Part shown: one piece after another, positions 19,704-25,430 of the stretch | How positions within the stretch are numbered: position 1 is the stretch's first letter | Layout of the letters: every line of letters begins with the position of its first letter | From: a virus | Taxonomy: Duplodnaviria > Caudoviricetes | DNA length: 25,430 nucleotides | IMG/VR virus record: IMGVR_UViG_3300033508_000475 | Location: 1 to 25,430 of that record | Reading direction: 5' to 3' (one strand) | Position numbers and translations under genes: made by a program | Notes under the pieces: model-generated | The model's input: the letters and a program-made list of their open reading frames with translations, nothing else | Told to the model about the DNA's origin: nothing | The model's database searches: none

Positions 19704-20720
19704 ATGAATAATACACATATTTGAGCAAATCAAGCTTTATGACTTGCTAAAGAAACAACAAGATGAACAGCTGTAACAGCAAACATCATGTGGATACCAA
19801 AAGCTTCTTGAACATTAAATCCAGAAGATGCTTATGTAAATGATGAAAGTTGAATTGGTACTATTGTAACTGTGAGAGATTCTAGAAAAGTTAAATCAGG
19901 TTCAAATTTAACTTGTGAGTTAGTTATGTGAGATGTATCTGTATGACAACTTTTAATGTGAGTTTTTTGAGCTGAACCTACTTCAGTTGTTGATGCTTTA
20001 GATGCATGAGTATATAATCATACTTATGAATTAGCTGAAAATAATACACATAAATCATTTACAATATATGCAAATGATAATGTAATTGGTTCTTGAAATT
20101 CTGAAAGAGCAACGTATTGAGTAGTTGATTCTTTTGAAATCAATGCTACAGCATGAAATTATGTAAGAACTAATTTAACAATGATTTGAAGATGAGTTAC
20201 AGAAGTATCACATCAATCAACAAATTTTGTAAGTGAAAATAAATTCTCATTTGATGATGTATCAATAAAAGTTGTATCAGCTTCTGATAAAGCATCTGCA
20301 TTAACTGCTTTAGCTTCTGCTCCTGCATTTAAAGTACAATCTCTTAGAGTTAATTTTGCTAAAAATACTTTACAAAATCAAGAACTTTGATCATTAGATA
20401 TTGCAGATATATTTAATCAAAACTTCACAATTGAATGAGATTTTACAGCTGTATATAAAGATAAAGATATTTATGATGTATTTAATAGTTCATCTAAAAA
20501 ATATATGCAAATTATCTTAGAGAATAATAATGTAGTTATTTGAACAATTTCTAATCCTTCTTTAGATATTTTATTAAATCAAGTTAGTTTTCAAACTTGG
20601 ACAAAATCAAGTGATATAAATGCTATTGTTACACAAACTATTTGATTCATTTGAGAATATAATACAACTGATGCAGAAGCAGTCACTGCTGTATTAAAAA
20701 ATACTAAAACAAGTTATTAA
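19704..20720 (+). CDS. Major tail (tube) protein (338 aa)
   Basis: LGLAKETTRGTAVTA..WIP, GVYNHTY, SFTI motifs typical of siphophage tube proteins, plus synteny. Confidence 0.85.
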
Positions 20721-20754
20721 TAAAATCCTATTTTTAAATCTTTTTCTTAAACAC

Positions 20755-21033
20755 ATGATTGATAATATAACATATAAAAAAGAAACTGTTAAAATTGCAG
20801 AAACATATCAAAATATGATTATGCAAGCATCTTGAAAATGAGACTATGAAATGTATATTGCTGTACAAGCTGCTAATAAATACAAAGTTTGAGTATTAAC
20901 ATGATTATCTGAAGATGAAATTAATGAATTAGAACCTTCATTATACTCTGAAATGTTAACAAATGTTTGAGCTATTATGAATACATGAGAAGCATTTAAT
21001 AATACAGATTATGAAGAAAAAAAAAAGTCTTAA
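20755..21033 (+). CDS. Tail assembly chaperone (lambda gpG-like), 92 aa
   Basis: LTGLSEDEINELEP motif. Ends GAA AAA AAA AAG TCT TAA. Confidence 0.8.
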
Positions 21034-21248
21034 GAAGAATAATTATTAATAATTCTAAAGAAGAACCTCCATTAATTTATTTTAAATTTATCTTGTTGAA
21101 AGAATTATCAATAACATTAACTGAAATTGATAATCTTTCTTTACAAGATTTTAATTTATTATTATCAATTATTAGTTTCAGAAATGAAAAAGATGAAATT
21201 GAATATAAAAAAATGGAACAAAAAAAGAGAGTTAAAAATATAATGTAA
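21021..21248 (+). CDS. Tail assembly chaperone extension (gpGT-like) reached by -1 programmed frameshift
   Basis: Slippery heptamer A AAA AAG at 21021-21027. The -1 frame is open to TAA 21246-21248 (VLRRIIINNSKEEPPLIYFKFILLKELSITLTEIDNLSLQDFNLLL...) with no early ATG. Confidence 0.8.
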   Translation, partial: KKVLRRIIINNSKEEPPLIYFKFILLKELSITLTEIDNLSLQDFNLLLSIISFRNEKDEIEYKKMEQKKRVKNIM

Positions 21249-21271
21249 TATTTTAGATATTAAATTAATAA

Positions 21272-23032
21272 ATGTCTAATCAAATAAAAGTTGAAGTATC
21301 TGCTGTAGATAAAACAAGATGAGTTGTTAAAAAAATTCAATCAGATTTGAATTGATTATGATGAAAATTATGAGCTAGTTTAAGAAATTGATTATCTTGA
21401 ATATCTTGATTATGAGCTAAAATTTGATCATGATTATCTAGTTGATTATCTACAGCTTTACAATGAGTTCAAAATTGACTTATTTGAATATGAGTTGCAT
21501 GAACAACATGAATGTGATTATTAATTAATGATACAATACAAGCAGATAAAACTTTCAGACAATTAAAAAATCAAATTGGTTGAACTGATGCTGAAATGAA
21601 TATATTAAAAGATAGTATCAAAGCTACATTCGCACAATGATTATGAACAAATTTAGAAGATGTTTCTAAAATTTTTTGAACAATTAAAAGAGAAACAAAA
21701 TTATCTTGAAAAGAATTAGAAACATTATCTAAAAATATTTTAACAATTTGAGATACATTCTGACAAGATTATAATAGAGTATTTTTCTCAATAAATAGAT
21801 TAATGAGTGAATTTTGAATTTCTTGAACTGAAGCATCAAATTTAGTTATGAAATGATTACAAACTACTTGAGATACAGCAGATGATTTCTTACAAACTGT
21901 ATGAGAATATGCAGCTAATTTTAATGAATGATGATATGCAGCTAAAGATTTTTTTAATTTTCTAATAAATTGAAATAAAAAAGGTGCTAAAGATTTTGAT
22001 TGAACAGCAGATGTTGCTAGAGAGTTCTTTTCTCTTTTAAAAGATTGAACAACAGAACAACAAGCAATGATTGATGAATTAGGTATTAACTATAAAGATT
22101 TTAGGGAATGAATTAATAATTGATCTGTTACACAAAAAGATGCTATGTTAAGAATATCTACAGCAATTGCTACTGTATGAAGAGATTTAGATGCTTCAAA
22201 AATATCAGCAACTCTTTTTTGAGCAAAAATTGATGATGTTTGAGTAGAATTTGTAAAAAATCTTAGAAATGCAAAAGATGAAATGTGAAATGTTAATTGA
22301 GTAGTAGATACAGCTACAAAAAATATTTCAAATAATTTTGAAAATGTTTTTAGAAGGATGAGACTTTCTTTTATGAAAATATGAGAAGCATTCTTGCCTT
22401 TTATTCAACAATTTTCAAATTGGATTGATAATAATCAACCAAAAATTGATGAATTTGCTAAGTCAGTTGCAAAATTTATTTGAGAATTTGATTTCAATTG
22501 AATGATTAACTCATTAATAAAATGAATTAATTTAATTTCAAATTTAGTTGTAGCATTAAAACCTGTTTATGATATTTTTAAAAAAATATATAATACTGCT
22601 AAAGAAATAATTAACTTAGTTGATGTAATATTATCATGATGATGAAAATCTTGAGTAGCAGAAGTTATTTGAAAAATGCAAGAAATTGATTTAACTTGAG
22701 CTATAGATAAACAATTTAATATATCAAGATGATTTTGAGAATTATTTCAATGAAATTGATTAAAATGATTTACAGATAAATGATATTGATTAAATAGTGA
22801 TAGTTATATACAAGCTAAAGATAAAATTAAATGATTCATGGATGTTTGAGCATTTGATATTGAAAAAGCTAGAAATGTAAAAAATAATACAACAAATGTT
22901 TGATGACAAACAATTAACATAAATATGAATAATAATGTTATTAAAGATCAAGCTGATGAAAAAAGAACAGCACAAACAATTTCAGAAACAATTGCAAAAC
23001 AAAATCAAAATTTTATATTATGAATTAATTAA
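21272..23032 (+). CDS. Tape measure protein (586 aa)
   Basis: IKVEVSAVDKT start, Gly/Leu/Ser-rich N-region, DDFLQTVGEYAANF and GAKDFDGTADVAREF motifs of phage minor-tail/TMP domains, plus synteny. Confidence 0.9.
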
Positions 23033-23035
23033 AAA

Positions 23036-23884
23036 ATGCAAACAATTTTCAAATATAATACTCCTGCTTTTGAATTTTGAAATTGAATTAATTGAATAGT
23101 GATTACGGAAAGTGATCATAATTCTTGATGAAATATATGATATAACATGAAATGAAGACAATGATACGATTGAAATATAATTTTTGATGAAAATTTAAGA
23201 GAAAAAAAGATAAATTTAAAATGATATATAAAATGAACTGATGCTCAAGATCTTTTAGATAAACTTAATTTATTAAAAAGAAATTTAATTAAAAGATCTT
23301 TATTTACAAGTGTTTTATTTCCTCTTCTTTGACAAGAACTTCCTTTTCTTGAAATACGAGAATGAGATAAAACAATTAGATATGAATGATTTTTTGAAAA
23401 TTTAAATGAATTAACTGTTAAAAATAATTGAATGATTAATTATTTGCCAATTAATTTAAATTTTATTTGTCCTAATTGATATTGAAATTGAGTTTTAAGA
23501 TCATTTAATCAAACTTTAACATCAAATTTTGTATCAACTACAAATATTATGTTTTCTACAAATGAATCAAATACTATTGTACAACCATGAATAGTTCTTG
23601 ATTTTAATTGAAATTATAATTGAAATATAACTTTACAAATTTGAGCTGATATAGCAAATTTTTCAATAATTTTAGTTGCTTGACAAAAAATAAATATAAG
23701 TACAGTATCAAATATAATTTGAATATATTTATATAATTCAGATGATTCTATAAATAAAGAAATTGATTTTAGTTGAATTATACCTCGCTGAATATACGCT
23801 TGAATAAATAGTGATTTTAAGATTCTTTTTTCAACTTCTGTTAATGTTAATTTTACAACTTCTTTTCAAGAAAGATTTATCTAA
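23036..23884 (+). CDS. Distal tail protein (Dit), 282 aa
   Basis: GRQGYDGNIIFDENLREKKINLKGYI, INLNFICPNGYG, C-terminal FQERFI*, directly after the TMP gene. Confidence 0.75.
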
Positions 23885-23899
23885 TAAATTAATTATAAT

Positions 23900-25430
23900 A
23901 TGCAATCTCAACGTTATCAAATTAAAATATATGATATTAATAATAATTTTGTTAGAACAATTAAAAATGATACATTATTAACAGATATAACATTCACAAA
24001 AAATATAAATTGATGAATGTGAGAAGTTACATTTGAAGTTAATTGAAAAATTGATATATGAATTTTTGATGAACAATATAAAGTTAAAATATTTGAAACA
24101 GATCCTATATCAAATCAAACATTTTTAATTTATTGATGATTAATTAATAATGTAGAAAATCATTTTCAATGATTTTTCTTTCATAGAATATATTGTTATT
24201 GATATATTGCTTTCGCAACAAAACATATTTTAAAAAGTAGTGTTTGAAATTATGTTTTCAATTATGATTGAACATCATCAAATATGATAAAAGAAATAAT
24301 TGATACATTAAATCTTGAATATTGAAATATTTATAGTTATGATTCTAGTTCAATTGAAGATGATTTAACAGATGTTAGTGTTAAATGTGATAAAACTACT
24401 GCATTTGATGCATTAAATATAATAAGACAATCAGTTAAAGATTTCTACTTCTATATAGATGCAAATTGAAAAGTATTTTTTAAAAAAAAATCTAATGTTG
24501 TAGAAAAAATTCTTGTAAAATGAAGAGATATTTATGAATGTTTTCAAGCAAATGATCTTGATAGTATCGTAAATCATGTTATTATAGAACATATTCTAGG
24601 TTTTGAAGAATTTGAAGATGCTACTAGTATAGCAACATGGTGAAGAAGAACAGCAACTTTGATTGAGAAAGAAACATGATCAGCTACTGCTTTAAAAATT
24701 GCTGAAGAAACAGTAGAAAGACTCAAAAATCCTGTTAAAAAAACAAGAGCTATTATTGCTTCTCAATATGTTACATGATATTCAAAAAAATGGACACAAT
24801 TAGAACCTTGAATGACAGTATCAATTAGAAATGTAGATGATTCGAACATAACACAAAATATACAAATTGTTAAAATGAGCTATTATAAAGATCAAATTGA
24901 TATTGAATTTGAAGAAACATATAATAATCTTTCTAAGAGCATTGCCGCGATCGCGTTCAATGTTAAAAAAAAAATAGAGAAAAATAAACAATCATGATGA
25001 TGAGGTTGATGACCTGGATCATGATGAATAACTTGATATTTTGATAGTTATAATGATCATTTTTTAGATGATACATGAATATTAATAAACAATAATATTG
25101 TAAGAGAAAATAGCATAATAAGATTAAAAAAACAATTTGAAATATGAGAATGAAATGTTATGCAATATGAAATTTTAAATTTAGATGATGCAAATATAAT
25201 TAATAAATCTGATATACAAAAAAATAATGATAACTATATTATCTTAAATACTAAGATAGTTACAAATAATGAATCTAATATAGTAGAATATCAATCAATA
25301 AATTTAGATGATGCAAATATAATTAATAAATCTGATATACAAAAAAATAATGATAACTATATTATCTTAAATACTAAGATAGTTACAAATAATGAATCTA
25401 ATATAGTAGAATATCAATCAATAAATTTAG
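23900..25430 (+). CDS. Baseplate hub / Tal-like protein with Gly linker and 41-aa repeats; continues to 162 (about 544 aa if the overlap is 58 bp)
   Basis: FTKNINGGMGEVTF, TAFDALNII, FYFYIDANGKVFFKK, SIATWGRR, LEPG, then the linker SGGGGGGPGSGG at 24992-25027. Confidence 0.8.
25176..25430 (+). repeat. 123-bp (41-codon) exact tandem repeat spanning the contig junction; includes the 58-bp terminal overlap
   Basis: 25176-25298 equals 25299-25421; 25250-25375 equals 1-126; 25373-25430 equals 1-58. Confidence 0.95.

Noticed and set aside
1022-22975. Minus-strand ORFs of the supplied track (e.g. 15436..16065, 17590..17907, 4908..5183)
   Set aside because: They are antisense shadows of + strand genes with recognisable motifs; their Ser/Ile/Phe-rich composition simply mirrors Glu/Lys/Asn codons.
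177-25430. Degraded prophage full of pseudogenes
   Set aside because: The interruptions are all TGA and fall on Gly positions. No internal TAA/TAG or unexplained frameshifts were seen in the genes I read through.
25176-25430. Diversity-generating retroelement TR/VR pair, or true terminal repeats of the virion DNA
   Set aside because: Copies are identical with no adenine-specific differences and no reverse transcriptase is present. The end overlap lies inside a gene and looks like assembly circularisation.

Overview
Apparently complete, circularly assembled ~25.4 kb genome of a very AT-rich tailed (siphovirus-type, HK97-fold) phage. The last 58 nt equal the first 58 nt, inside a 123-bp tandem repeat. 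The supplied ORF track is misleading because TGA is read as Gly (translation table 25, as in Absconditabacteria/Gracilibacteria). Re-reading by hand gives about 34 tightly packed genes, all on the + strand and all ending in TAA. Order: tail fibre/RBP-like gene, amidase endolysin, a non-coding control/origin-like region with an 8-bp tandem array, an accessory region of small genes led by a repeated ~100-bp element (PD-(D/E)XK-like nuclease, possible sigma-like protein, thymidylate-synthase-fold protein, secreted lytic transglycosylase, membrane proteins), then terS, terL, portal, Mu-F-like, protease/scaffold, major capsid, neck, tail tube, frameshifted chaperones, tape measure, Dit and hub. Most notable: (1) CGA sits at conserved Trp positions, suggesting a second recoding (CGA=Trp) and an Absconditabacteria-like host; (2) the accessory genes look like cassettes bounded by a repeated promoter/leader element carrying a GUCC-GNRA-UGAC hairpin; (3) no integrase, polymerase, helicase or tRNA was recognised. 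All translations and counts were done by eye; product calls rest on remembered motifs and synteny, not database searches.
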